IMG/VR virus record: IMGVR_UViG_3300029822_000593
Location: 1-43,645 of that record
Length of the DNA: 43,645 nucleotides
Direction: 5' to 3' (one strand)
Origin: a virus
Taxonomy: Duplodnaviria > Caudoviricetes
Shown: positions 20,177-28,258 of the stretch, piece by piece
How the letters are laid out: the number at the start of each line of letters is the position of its first letter
Numbering within the stretch: the stretch's first letter is position 1
Translations under genes and position numbers: made by a program
The notes under the pieces: generated by a model
The model's database searches: none
Seen by the model: the letters and a program-made list of their open reading frames with translations, nothing else
What the model was told of the DNA's origin: nothing

Positions 20177-20563
20177 ATGGACAAGAACACGTTTAATTTT
20201 ATAGTAGCAGGGATAGGAAGCATATTGACTTATTGTTTTGGTGGATGGGATACCTGTTTAATTGTATTAGTTATATTTATGATTTTGGATTACGCTACAG
20301 GTCTGATAAACGCCTATATAAAATGCAAAATAAACTCTAAAATAGGGGCCAGGGGCATAGTCAAAAAAGCATCTATTTTTATAGTGCTTATCGTGGCTGT
20401 ACTACTGGATAGGCTTCTAAACAGTGGTGTCTGGGTTTTCCGTACCCTTGTTTGCTATTTCTATATAGCAAACGAGGGTATTTCTATTTTAGAAAATTTA
20501 GGTAAGTGTGGGGTTCCACTACCAAGCAAATTATTGCAAGCGCTCGAACAACTCAAAAAATAA
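20177..20563 (+). CDS. Phage holin (toxin-secretion/phage-lysis holin family)
   Basis: FGGWD, DYATG and NEGISILENLGKCGVPLP motifs; TM helices. Confidence 0.92.
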   Translation: MDKNTFNFIVAGIGSILTYCFGGWDTCLIVLVIFMILDYATGLINAYIKCKINSKIGARGIVKKASIFIVLIVAVLLDRLLNSGVWVFRTLVCYFYIANEGISILENLGKCGVPLPSKLLQALEQLKK

Positions 20564-20579
20564 ATAAGGAGGTAATAAT

Positions 20580-21509
20580 ATGCACAGAGGAGTAGATATA
20601 AGCAATTTAAACGGGAATGTGAATATGAACTTGGTTAAAAATGCAGGAAATGACTTCTGTATATGCAGAGCTACAGAAGGGACTTCCGGGAGTGGCTCAA
20701 GAGACCAGTATTATCATCAAAATATTGCCAACGCGAAGGCGGCAGGGATAAAAACCGGGGCATATCACTTTTCGCATTTCGCCGATATTTCAAAAGAGGA
20801 ATCGGAGCTTCAAAACTTTTTGAATTTCATAGAGGATACTACTCCAGATATGGTTGTATTGGATGCAGAGAACAGTTGCCAGGGAGATGTTACAGGGCTA
20901 TGCCTGGATTTTTTGGACAGGGTAGCCAAGGTAGCCAGACCACTGATATACACCTATTCGGCGTGGCTAAAAGCACACCTGAATAAGTCTATAATGAAGT
21001 ACCCGCTATGGATAGCAGAATACGGGGTATCCTCGCCAGATATAAGCTTCTATGACGGGTACAGCATATGGCAGTACACGGATAAGGGACAAATATCCGG
21101 GGTATCTGGGTATGTGGACATGAACTATATGACGGACACATTCTGGAACATCCTGACCGGCGGATATACGCCACCTGTGAATCCTTTGAAAGAGCAGATT
21201 GAGGCGCTCCAATATGATCTGAATATAGACTACAATGCCGGGCTAGTAGTGGACGGCGTAGCAGGCCCTGCAACCATGGCGGCGTTAAAAGGGATTGAAG
21301 GCATAATTGTGAAGGGGCACAAGTCCCACGTGGTGCTATGGGTACAACAGAAACTCGTAGGGTATGGATACCTACAAGAAGGCTCATATACCCCTATGAT
21401 ATATGACGAGCCAACTTTTCAAGCTGTGACCAATTTACAGAAGAACTGGGGACTAGCTACAGATGGAATATTGGGGCCACAAACCTGGAATGTGTTTTTA
21501 ACAAATTAA
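20580..21509 (+). CDS. Endolysin: GH25 muramidase with C-terminal peptidoglycan-binding repeats
   Basis: GVDIS, ATEG, GAYHF, LDAE, LWIAEY and WQYT motifs; VDGVAGPAT / TDGILGPQT repeats. Confidence 0.93.
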   Translation: MHRGVDISNLNGNVNMNLVKNAGNDFCICRATEGTSGSGSRDQYYHQNIANAKAAGIKTGAYHFSHFADISKEESELQNFLNFIEDTTPDMVVLDAENSCQGDVTGLCLDFLDRVAKVARPLIYTYSAWLKAHLNKSIMKYPLWIAEYGVSSPDISFYDGYSIWQYTDKGQISGVSGYVDMNYMTDTFWNILTGGYTPPVNPLKEQIEALQYDLNIDYNAGLVVDGVAGPATMAALKGIEGIIVKGHKSHVVLWVQQKLVGYGYLQEGSYTPMIYDEPTFQAVTNLQKNWGLATDGILGPQTWNVFLTN

Positions 21510-21534
21510 ATTTAAAAAATAGGAGGAATAATAT

Positions 21535-22113
21535 ATGGTAAGTAATATTGTTGCAATTGCAGGGGTTTTAGTAGGCGTTGTTGGTGTTATTTTTGGCATA
21601 ATACCATACCTAAAAAAGAAAGGAATTGATACCGGAAAAGTTTTAGAAGGTACAGACAAAGTGCTGGAAGCATCCGAACCGCTCATTCAGGCTGCAAAGA
21701 CTATACCGGGATTGAAGCCAGAGGCGGCACTTTTAGATTGGATAGAACAGAAAGCCAAGGCAGGAGTCAAGGCGGCAGAACAGCTGGGGCACGCGGGAAG
21801 TCTAAAGACCAACTCAGAGAAGTTCCAAGCCGCACAGCAGACAGTGTATGCCGCTCTAAAGGAAATTGGCATTGCTCCTACAGACAACCAAAAGAAATTG
21901 ATAGATGACTTTATCCAGGAGGCAGTGAACGACCTGGGGCACGCACCAGCCCCGGTGGCGGCACAGAAAGCAGAACTCCAAAAAACGAGCCAGAACTTAG
22001 CCAAAGCACAGAACGAGAATACCCAGCTTAGGCAAAAGCTGACTATTATCCAGAGCGCATCCCAGATAGCGCAGAGCGCTCCGGCACAGCCCGCTATACA
22101 ACCCAAAAAATAG
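21535..22113 (+). CDS. Second holin-like protein (LL-H-like family)
   Basis: Single N-terminal TM helix; VKAAEQL...EKF...LKEIGI...IQEAV pattern; C-terminal coiled coil. Confidence 0.65.
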   Translation: MVSNIVAIAGVLVGVVGVIFGIIPYLKKKGIDTGKVLEGTDKVLEASEPLIQAAKTIPGLKPEAALLDWIEQKAKAGVKAAEQLGHAGSLKTNSEKFQAAQQTVYAALKEIGIAPTDNQKKLIDDFIQEAVNDLGHAPAPVAAQKAELQKTSQNLAKAQNENTQLRQKLTIIQSASQIAQSAPAQPAIQPKK

Positions 22114-22117
22114 TTTT

Positions 22118-22152
22118 AGCCCGGTAGGTTATTCCCACCGGGCTCTATTTTT
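22118..22152 (+). terminator. Terminator between the late operon and the convergent accessory operon
   Basis: agcccggt...accgggct perfect 8-bp stem followed by ctattttt. Confidence 0.75.
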
Positions 22153-22174
22153 ATACCTTAATTTAATTGTCGTA

Positions 22175-22618
22175 CTAACATTTTTTATCCCCCCTAGGCA
22201 TTCCATACACCCGCACCATGGCGGGCTTTGTAATAAGCCAAGTAGCCCCAGACTGCCTATATTCATCCTCTCTGAAACGCCCTTGTCTAATAGCATTTCT
22301 GAGTACGGACCCATCAGATAATCCCCATTTTTGCGCCGCCTCAGCTAATGTGTATACATCATCCAGCAGACCACCTAGGATTTTGTCTGGGTCTTTCCGC
22401 TTATAAACACTCATACTGGAGGACTCCCACCTGCCGGTGGGAAACTTCGTGTACATTATACTGCCATATTCGTCCTCATTGTCGATTATTTGCAGGGCAA
22501 CATTGTCCCCCAGAGTAATAGCTGATCCGTCTTCCAGTTGCACCATATTCTTTCCTATATATTTTCCTGCCAACCCTGTAATTTCTTCTGCCTTCTGTTC
22601 AAAATACTTTGGTAGCAT
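22175..22618 (-). CDS. Protein with C-terminal helix-turn-helix domain; last gene of the leftward operon
   Basis: YTLAEAAQKWGLSDGSVLRNAI...RQSGATWLITKPAM..VYG HTH signature. Confidence 0.8.
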   Translation of the reverse strand: MLPKYFEQKAEEITGLAGKYIGKNMVQLEDGSAITLGDNVALQIIDNEDEYGSIMYTKFPTGRWESSSMSVYKRKDPDKILGGLLDDVYTLAEAAQKWGLSDGSVLRNAIRQGRFREDEYRQSGATWLITKPAMVRVYGMPRGDKKC

Positions 22619-22676
22619 CTATATATCCCCTTTCTCAGGACAATCATTTTCATCAACATTAGTACGTTTGTCCATG

Positions 22677-22994
22677 CTAGTCAACTCCCTTTTCCTCCAG
22701 AAATGCCTCCAAATTCTCGCCATAGTCAAGTTCATCCTCCGACACGTTTCGCACGTATTCGGCATCATATTCGTCGCCAGTAAGGATTTTTTCAAATCCT
22801 TCTGATTCATCCTGCGCTATCTCCTTCCCATATTCTTTGGTTTCTCCAAAGTCCTCTGCATACACTATCACGTCCATTATGTCTGTTTTAGGATTATACA
22901 TAACTGCGAAACGTGTCGTGTATTTGTCTATTTCTCCACATTCTACCAGCTTTTTAAATGCCTTTGTATACAATTCTTTTTTATTCATTCCCAT
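22677..22994 (-). CDS. Small acidic hypothetical protein (105 aa)
   Basis: AAGGAGG RBS places the start at 22994 (MGMNKK); strongly D/E-rich C-terminal half. Confidence 0.75.
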   Translation of the reverse strand: MGMNKKELYTKAFKKLVECGEIDKYTTRFAVMYNPKTDIMDVIVYAEDFGETKEYGKEIAQDESEGFEKILTGDEYDAEYVRNVSEDELDYGENLEAFLEEKGVD

Positions 22995-23036
22995 ATTATA
23001 TTCCTCCTTATGGCAGGTTTTTGGCACCCGCCAGCC
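22991..23036 (-). repeat. Hairpin + RBS unit, copy 1
   Basis: Minus strand ggctggcgggt-gccaaaa-acctgcca-taaggaggaatataatatgg; matches copy 2. Confidence 0.8.
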
Positions 23037-23044
23037 TAATAATC

Positions 23045-23614
23045 CTACAATTGTAAATCTATTTTGGATTGGCGAATCGCTTCGCTATCCTTTTTCCACT
23101 GGGAAGTACCTATCCCAAGATGGTATTCTAAAATTTCTGCTACTTCCCAATAATCTGGTGTGTTTGATTCCACAATTTTCCCATTTTTAACCTTGATTGT
23201 GGCATCATAGCAAGAGAATTTTTTTTTGCCTTCTCTCTTACCTTTTTCCTCCAACATTACAATAGCCTTCTGTATATTTTTCTGCATTTGTGGTTCGCAT
23301 TCGGATATCTGTCGATATAAAAATTCTACATTGTGTTTCCCATTCCATGAATCTAGTAAATACTGTAAGTCTTTCTTTAAGCCTTTAAGAATTTTAAATT
23401 TATAACGGGATTCTAATTGCAACGTAATCTTAGGATTGTCCCAATCCTCTAAAAATACAATGTCAAAAATCTCTTTATCTGGCGAACCTTCCTTATATAA
23501 TACCCTAATACAATTAGCTGGAAAAATTGAATTTATTTTCTCCCCATGTGGCTGTCCACTTACATTATATAATTCTCCTTCTATTAATTTTTCTATATCA
23601 GTATACTTTTCCAT
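23045..23614 (-). CDS. Hypothetical protein (189 aa)
   Basis: AAGGAGG RBS places the start at 23614 (MEKYTD); no family recognised. Confidence 0.75.
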   Translation of the reverse strand: MEKYTDIEKLIEGELYNVSGQPHGEKINSIFPANCIRVLYKEGSPDKEIFDIVFLEDWDNPKITLQLESRYKFKILKGLKKDLQYLLDSWNGKHNVEFLYRQISECEPQMQKNIQKAIVMLEEKGKREGKKKFSCYDATIKVKNGKIVESNTPDYWEVAEILEYHLGIGTSQWKKDSEAIRQSKIDLQL

Positions 23615-23657
23615 ATTATATTCCTCCTTCTGGCAGTTTTCTGGATAACTGCCAACC
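23611..23657 (-). repeat. Hairpin + RBS unit, copy 2
   Basis: Minus strand ggttggcagtt-atccagaa-aactgcca-gaaggaggaatataatatgg; the 19-nt RBS-to-start block is identical to copy 1. Confidence 0.8.
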
Positions 23658-23676
23658 AAAATATACTCTATAACTG

Positions 23677-24114
23677 TTAATATCTACCCGCGAAAGCTTT
23701 TTCATGTCCGATGTCGAAAGCAACAAGCATAAGCTGCTTTTTCATGTCCATTCTAGCGAGTCTAATTATGGAAGCATTTCTCATATCTATCCAGTTGGAA
23801 GCATTTTCAACACTAAATATTCTTTCAGCTGCGGCAGTAAGTTCAGCAACATATTTCTTGTTTTCTGCATCTTTCAAATCCTCTTGCTCTTTCTTCCAGT
23901 CCTTCATTTTTTCATCTCTAATTTTCTCAGCCCATGCAACTTGCTTCTTTGAACCCTTCAACTCAACCATTATATCTTCAACCTCCTTTAAACTCGAAAG
24001 GAGATAACTCATCTCCAGTCCAAACTGGAATTTATAAGTAACTATTGGAAATTCCAGTTTCATGTTCCTTGTTTCTTCGTGCGCCTTCCTTATTAACTCA
24101 CCTGTAAATTTCAT
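23677..24114 (-). CDS. Hypothetical protein; first gene of the leftward operon
   Basis: AAAGGGG RBS; LKGSKKQVAWAEKIR motif; internal in-frame RBS and ATG at 23970. Confidence 0.75.
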   Translation of the reverse strand: MKFTGELIRKAHEETRNMKLEFPIVTYKFQFGLEMSYLLSSLKEVEDIMVELKGSKKQVAWAEKIRDEKMKDWKKEQEDLKDAENKKYVAELTAAAERIFSVENASNWIDMRNASIIRLARMDMKKQLMLVAFDIGHEKAFAGRY

Positions 24115-24135
24115 TTTTCATTATCCCCTTTCGTA

Positions 24136-24188
24136 TCTTATAATTCTATTATAACACTAATTCGTGTTATGTCAATAGAATTATAAGA
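24136..24188 (-). promoter_or_regulatory. Consensus sigma-A promoter embedded in a long palindrome (operator)
   Basis: Minus strand TTGACA (24175-24170), 16-nt spacer, TG-extended TATAAT (24153-24148); perfect 15-bp IR 24136-24150/24174-24188 plus inner 7-bp IR ataacac/gtgttat. Confidence 0.85.
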
Positions 24189-24333
24189 AGTTTTTAAATA
24201 TTTTTTATATTATTCCCTTACAATTATGCTATCAAATCATAAAGGTTATACTGTTTGGTATATCTGTTGTAAGTAACATATTCTTGTTTATTATTGTCCC
24301 AGTACCCGTATTGATGCTGAGTTCTCCCGAATA

Positions 24334-24363
24334 AAAAGGAGACACATTTAAGTGCCTCCTTTT
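24334..24363 (-). terminator. Probably bidirectional intrinsic terminator
   Basis: aaaaggagacac-atttaa-gtgcctcctttt directly after the 24373 stop. Confidence 0.7.
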
Positions 24364-24372
24364 GCTGTCTGC

Positions 24373-24768
24373 CTATTTTGTATGGAACCTAAAATATATG
24401 GGTTTTATAATCGCTCCAGACGTGCTTTTTAGGTTCTGTATATATATCGTATAAGTTTCGCCTCGTTTGTACGGCTCGATATTAAACAAGTATATAACCT
24501 TCTTTCCCTGGGTTAGTGCCGTTTGCACGGGGGCTTTATTCCCTTTGCTATCCACCACGTATATATTAGCGGCAGTGATGGTACCATAATCTACCTCTTT
24601 GTTAAGGGTTATAGTCCAGCACTTATACTGCCCAACATTATAGGTGTCCTGTCCGTACTGTGTAGGCGTAGCGGATTGAGCGTGTATCGATACAGCGGCA
24701 ACTCCAAACACCAAAGAAACAGCGAGTACTAAAACACATACAACTTTCTTCATTCCAAATTTTTTCAT
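24373..24768 (-). CDS. Secreted Ig-like (Big_5-type) domain protein
   Basis: Signal peptide MKKFGMKK...IHA; WTITLNKEVD, NIYVVDSKG and YKRGETYTIYI motifs typical of clostridial surface proteins. Confidence 0.75.
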   Translation of the reverse strand: MKKFGMKKVVCVLVLAVSLVFGVAAVSIHAQSATPTQYGQDTYNVGQYKCWTITLNKEVDYGTITAANIYVVDSKGNKAPVQTALTQGKKVIYLFNIEPYKRGETYTIYIQNLKSTSGAIIKPIYFRFHTK

Positions 24769-24850
24769 AATTTTTACCTCTCCTTTATAATTATATTTTA
24801 TCCCCTATATATATATTATCCCTTTTGGCATATATTGTATATATACCTAA

Positions 24851-25097
24851 TGGGGACATATAGGGGACAAATGTCACTTGTAGTTACCTAACGTCAGCAA
24901 ATATTATCGACAAACTCTGGATTAAAATCCCCGAATTTAGGGCTTTGTATAATGTGGCAAACATTATCCACGCCAACTTTAAACATGAGATGTATTTACA
25001 CATTACGAGGTATACTCCTAGAGTGCAGATATGCCAACGCCTCCGAGGTTTGTAATTTTATCCAAACCGTTATTTGGGGACATTCTGGGGACAAAAT
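24851..25097. other. Candidate attP region with integrase arm-type sites
   Basis: Non-coding, adjacent to the int stop; tandem GGGGACA pairs at 24851-24872 (tggggacatataggggacaaat) and 25075-25096 (tggggacattctggggacaaaa). Confidence 0.7.
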
Positions 25098-26302
25098 TAT
25101 TTTATTCCCCGAAAGTGGTCAAATTCTTTTATCACTTTCTTTTGTTCCTTCTTGGTCACATGCAAATAAAGATTTTGTGTGGTCTTTACATCGGCGTGAC
25201 CGAGCCTCTTCTGAATTGCTTTCATATTGGCACCATTCTCCAGAAGGTACGTTGCGGACGTATGCCTTAGCCCATGTAGCTTTATGTGGTGAATTCTGTT
25301 CCTCTGCAGGAATTTCCGCCACCAATTCGTAACGCTGTTCGGGTTATATGGGACACCCTTTCCGCTGTGGAACAGATAGCATTTATCCCCGCCTTTCCAG
25401 CCTGAGCCTACCCTCATCTTTTCCAGTTTCCATTGGGTGCAGTACTTTTTTAACTCATCCATAAACCATTTGGGCATGGTTATTGTCCTTTTGGACGCCT
25501 CGGATTTAGGGTTTTTCACTAGAAATTTTCCCTTTATTTTCATGGGGATGCTAGCGTCAACTCTAATGGTATCATTTTCAAAATCCAGGTCATTCATTTC
25601 AAGAGCAACAATTTCCTCCCTCCTAAAACCACTCAAGAACGCCATTAAAATAATCATTCGCCATCTTATGGGTTCTTTCTCTAGGGCTTGGAATATGTTG
25701 TCCAGCTCCTCTTCCTCGTATACTTCGACTTCTTTTTTGCGTACTTTTGGCCATCTTACGCCGTCGCATGGATTTTTTGAAATGAAGTTCCACTCTACAG
25801 CGGCACTAAAGACACTCCGCAGTACCTTCAGGATGTATACTCTGGTTCCACCGCTCAAAATTCCGCCATTTATGTTTTTTCTATCCTTCTTAGCGGCGGG
25901 CGTCGCCAGATAATTCATAAAATCTACTACATGCATAGTCTTTATGCTCCTAAGGCACATATGCCCAAACCAAGGGAGAATATGCACTCTAAGGTGCTGA
26001 TAAAATGTAACTTGCGTTGATTTTGCGAACTCCTTCTCTGCATACTTGGGCTTCCACTGCGTTTCTACAAAGTCCCCAAACAACATTTTCTGGGGACGGA
26101 TATATTCGCCAGCTTCTACTTCTCTCTTGAATTCGTACAGCCTCGCCTCCAGGTAGTCCCGGAGCTTTTTCTTTGTCCTTAGCAGGGCTTTGTCCTCGAC
26201 GTGGATAGTTTTCTTTTCTCTCCTCCGTCTGCCCTTCGCATCCCTGCCGGCTTCCACAACCAGTCTCCAGGAGTTTTTACCTCGTTTTTCTATGCTTGCC
26301 AT
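25097..26302 (-). CDS. int: Tyrosine recombinase / integrase
   Basis: SGFRREE (catalytic R), HGLRH (HxxR), RLGH and NLYLH (catalytic Y); N-terminal arm-binding MASIEKRGKNSWRL. Confidence 0.95.
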   Translation of the reverse strand: MASIEKRGKNSWRLVVEAGRDAKGRRRREKKTIHVEDKALLRTKKKLRDYLEARLYEFKREVEAGEYIRPQKMLFGDFVETQWKPKYAEKEFAKSTQVTFYQHLRVHILPWFGHMCLRSIKTMHVVDFMNYLATPAAKKDRKNINGGILSGGTRVYILKVLRSVFSAAVEWNFISKNPCDGVRWPKVRKKEVEVYEEEELDNIFQALEKEPIRWRMIILMAFLSGFRREEIVALEMNDLDFENDTIRVDASIPMKIKGKFLVKNPKSEASKRTITMPKWFMDELKKYCTQWKLEKMRVGSGWKGGDKCYLFHSGKGVPYNPNSVTNWWRKFLQRNRIHHIKLHGLRHTSATYLLENGANMKAIQKRLGHADVKTTQNLYLHVTKKEQKKVIKEFDHFRGIK

Positions 26303-26308
26303 TTTTCA

Positions 26309-26611
26309 TCACCTCCTTTCATGTAAATTTTCCATGGCCGCCCGGGTGTCTGCCTCGGCTTTGGTGCGGCTGTGGCTTTCCAGGTGATCCAAACATATAT
26401 GTATACCTTCGTGCAGGAGAACACTCTTAAACTCTTTTTCTCCCAGTCCATCTTTTACAACTATTAGGTATTGTCCGCAGTGTTCTATCACAGCACCTTT
26501 TACACAAGACATTTTGCTATCCTTTACAATGCGGAGTTTATGCTCCCGTTCCAGCTCTGTGAGCTTCCTTATTATATCCCCCGTCTTGCTTGTATTCTCC
26601 AATTTTACCAA
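26309..26611 (-). CDS. ImmA/IrrE-like metallopeptidase (anti-repressor)
   Basis: HExxH motif (LLHEGIH) and downstream EAD; located between int and repressor. Confidence 0.75.
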   Translation of the reverse strand: MVKLENTSKTGDIIRKLTELEREHKLRIVKDSKMSCVKGAVIEHCGQYLIVVKDGLGEKEFKSVLLHEGIHICLDHLESHSRTKAEADTRAAMENLHERR

Positions 26612-26628
26612 CCCCCAAAATAAAATTG

Positions 26629-26982
26629 TTAGTCACTGGTTTCTTCCAAAAACACTTTTATAATAGCCATTAGCCTGCGTTTATCGGCGGGCGGCAGTTT
26701 TTTGTCGACTGCTTTGTCAAAGAGTATCTTCATTTCTGCCGTATCCTCGTCCTCAAAATCAGGAAGGTCCTCTTCCTTGTCTTCAGCATTATCAAAGAAA
26801 TCACTCACGGAGACCCCTAGGGCATCAGCTATCTTTTGTAGAGTTTTAGTATTTGGATTTTTGGCTTTCCCATTCAATATATCACTTAATGTGGATTGCG
26901 CCATATTGGCTTCCTTGCATAATCTATACTTAGACCAGCCCTTCCTTCGCAGGGCTTTTTCTATTGCCTCTCTATTCAACAT
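26629..26982 (-). CDS. XRE-family immunity repressor (ImmR/CI-like)
   Basis: HTH_3 signature WSKYRLCKEANMAQSTLSDILNG...LQKIADALGVS. Confidence 0.9.
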   Translation of the reverse strand: MLNREAIEKALRRKGWSKYRLCKEANMAQSTLSDILNGKAKNPNTKTLQKIADALGVSVSDFFDNAEDKEEDLPDFEDEDTAEMKILFDKAVDKKLPPADKRRLMAIIKVFLEETSD

Positions 26983-26989
26983 TTATATA

Positions 26990-27237
26990 TCCTCCTATAT
27001 TTCGTACTTCATTATATCTAAGTATATATCAGAATGTTTACATATGTCAAGCAAAACGGAGTAAAAAAACGCATATGAGAGTTATTTTTTACATAATAGT
27101 CATTTTAACCGAAGTATGAGGCTTGCTTTTACTCCGAGATAGATATACTATAGACATAACGAATTAAGTAAACCGAAGTAAAGGAGGTGATAATTCTACA
27201 AAATAATATAAATTCCTTTAGAGAAAGAGGTGAGGAA
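26990..27237. promoter_or_regulatory. Divergent lysis/lysogeny promoter-operator region
   Basis: Leftward TTGACA at 27050-27045; rightward TTGCTT (27123)-17 nt-TACTAT (27146); aaccgaagta at 27107 and 27171; inverted cggagtaaaa (27057) / ttttactccg (27127). Confidence 0.65.
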
Positions 27238-27432
27238 ATGCCTATCGGAGAAAATATTTTGAAATTTACAAAACAGAAAAATATGTCCTTATATAGGCTC
27301 GCCAAGGATAGCAATGTATCTGAATCATATTTGAACGACATTGTCCACGGCAGAGCTAATAACCCCAGTGTAATTTTAGTAAAGAGAATTGCTGACACAT
27401 TGAAGGTATCTATACAAAATTTAATTGAATGA
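27238..27432 (+). CDS. Cro-like XRE regulator
   Basis: SLYRLAKDSNVSESYLNDIVHG HTH; GAGGTGAGG RBS before ATG 27238. Confidence 0.85.
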   Translation: MPIGENILKFTKQKNMSLYRLAKDSNVSESYLNDIVHGRANNPSVILVKRIADTLKVSIQNLIE

Positions 27433-27746
27433 AAGGGGTTAAATATATGCAGGAATTAGAGCAGTTGTATTCGTCTCTTATCCATGACATTTCCGCCAAG
27501 GTGGAAAGAGAAGTCCTTGCCAAGCTCGATACCAAACCAATACTAGATGAGCCGCCCCTGCGCCCCCAAGAAGTAGCCGAATACCTAGGGATAAACAAAA
27601 GCACAGTATACCAGCTATGTAAGGAAGGACAGCTCCGAGGCTTTTATATCGGGTCGATACACTCAAAAAAACCCGTACTTAGGATCCGCAGGGAGGACTT
27701 GGAAAACTACATGGAGAGAGCGGGAGGAAAAGAGTTAGAGAAATAA
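27429..27746 (+). CDS. Excisionase-like HTH_17 protein
   Basis: LRPQEVAEYLGINKSTVYQLCKEGQL...LRIRREDLENY. Confidence 0.8.
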   Translation: MKGVKYMQELEQLYSSLIHDISAKVEREVLAKLDTKPILDEPPLRPQEVAEYLGINKSTVYQLCKEGQLRGFYIGSIHSKKPVLRIRREDLENYMERAGGKELEK

Positions 27747-27892
27747 AGAATTATGCATGCTGCAGAAAACTGAGAAGGAAAAGAGATAGGAATATTGAAA
27801 TCACTAGGTTTAGGCAACCAGCCAAATTTTCGACCGGTTAAATACAAGGATAAAAAAGGTGAATTAAGAAACTGCGAAGGAGGGTGTAAAAG

Positions 27893-28048
27893 ATGATTGA
27901 CCTAAGTAAATTATCTATTGATCAACTGAAAAATGCCATTTGGATTTACAACAGTGGTATGGTTCCGATTGGTGGATTAGACGTAGAAGAATATCGCAGA
28001 GAGCTTATTTTTAGAGGCGAAGACGGAAAGGGGTATCACGAAGAATGA
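27893..28048 (+). CDS. Small hypothetical protein (51 aa), absent from the ORF track
   Basis: AAGGAGG RBS; MIDLSKLSIDQLKNAIW...GKGYHEE; stop overlaps the next ATG (ATGA). Confidence 0.65.
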   Translation: MIDLSKLSIDQLKNAIWIYNSGMVPIGGLDVEEYRRELIFRGEDGKGYHEE

Positions 28049-28245
28049 ACTACTTAGATAAAAAGGGTAATGAAATATTTATAAGTACTGGTTTAGGTAG
28101 CGAATATGGGACTTTTAGAAAAAGCAAAAATAACGGGCTACACAGAGTAAAATCTCCGGCAATGCCTATGGTTTCATCCAGAGAAGCAGCTCAAAAAAAT
28201 TTAGATTTATGGGCACAAAAAAATAAATTAAAATCAATCAATTAG
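28045..28245 (+). CDS. Hypothetical protein
   Basis: ATGA-coupled to the upstream ORF. Confidence 0.65.
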   Translation: MNYLDKKGNEIFISTGLGSEYGTFRKSKNNGLHRVKSPAMPMVSSREAAQKNLDLWAQKNKLKSIN

Positions 28246-28258
28246 GAGGAGAAAAGCA

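Noticed and set aside
22619-22810. 63-aa minus-strand ORF
   Set aside because: Mostly overlaps the better-supported 22677-22994 gene in another frame; at most a short coupled peptide
24225-24345. Minus-strand mini-ORF or gene remnant after the Ig-like gene
   Set aside because: The apparent AGGAGG-ATG lies inside the terminator stem, and the other open frame has no start codon; cannot be supported
24952-25332. Plus-strand ORFs over the att region and int 3' end
   Set aside because: No convincing RBS; they overlap the arm-type repeats and are antisense to the integrase
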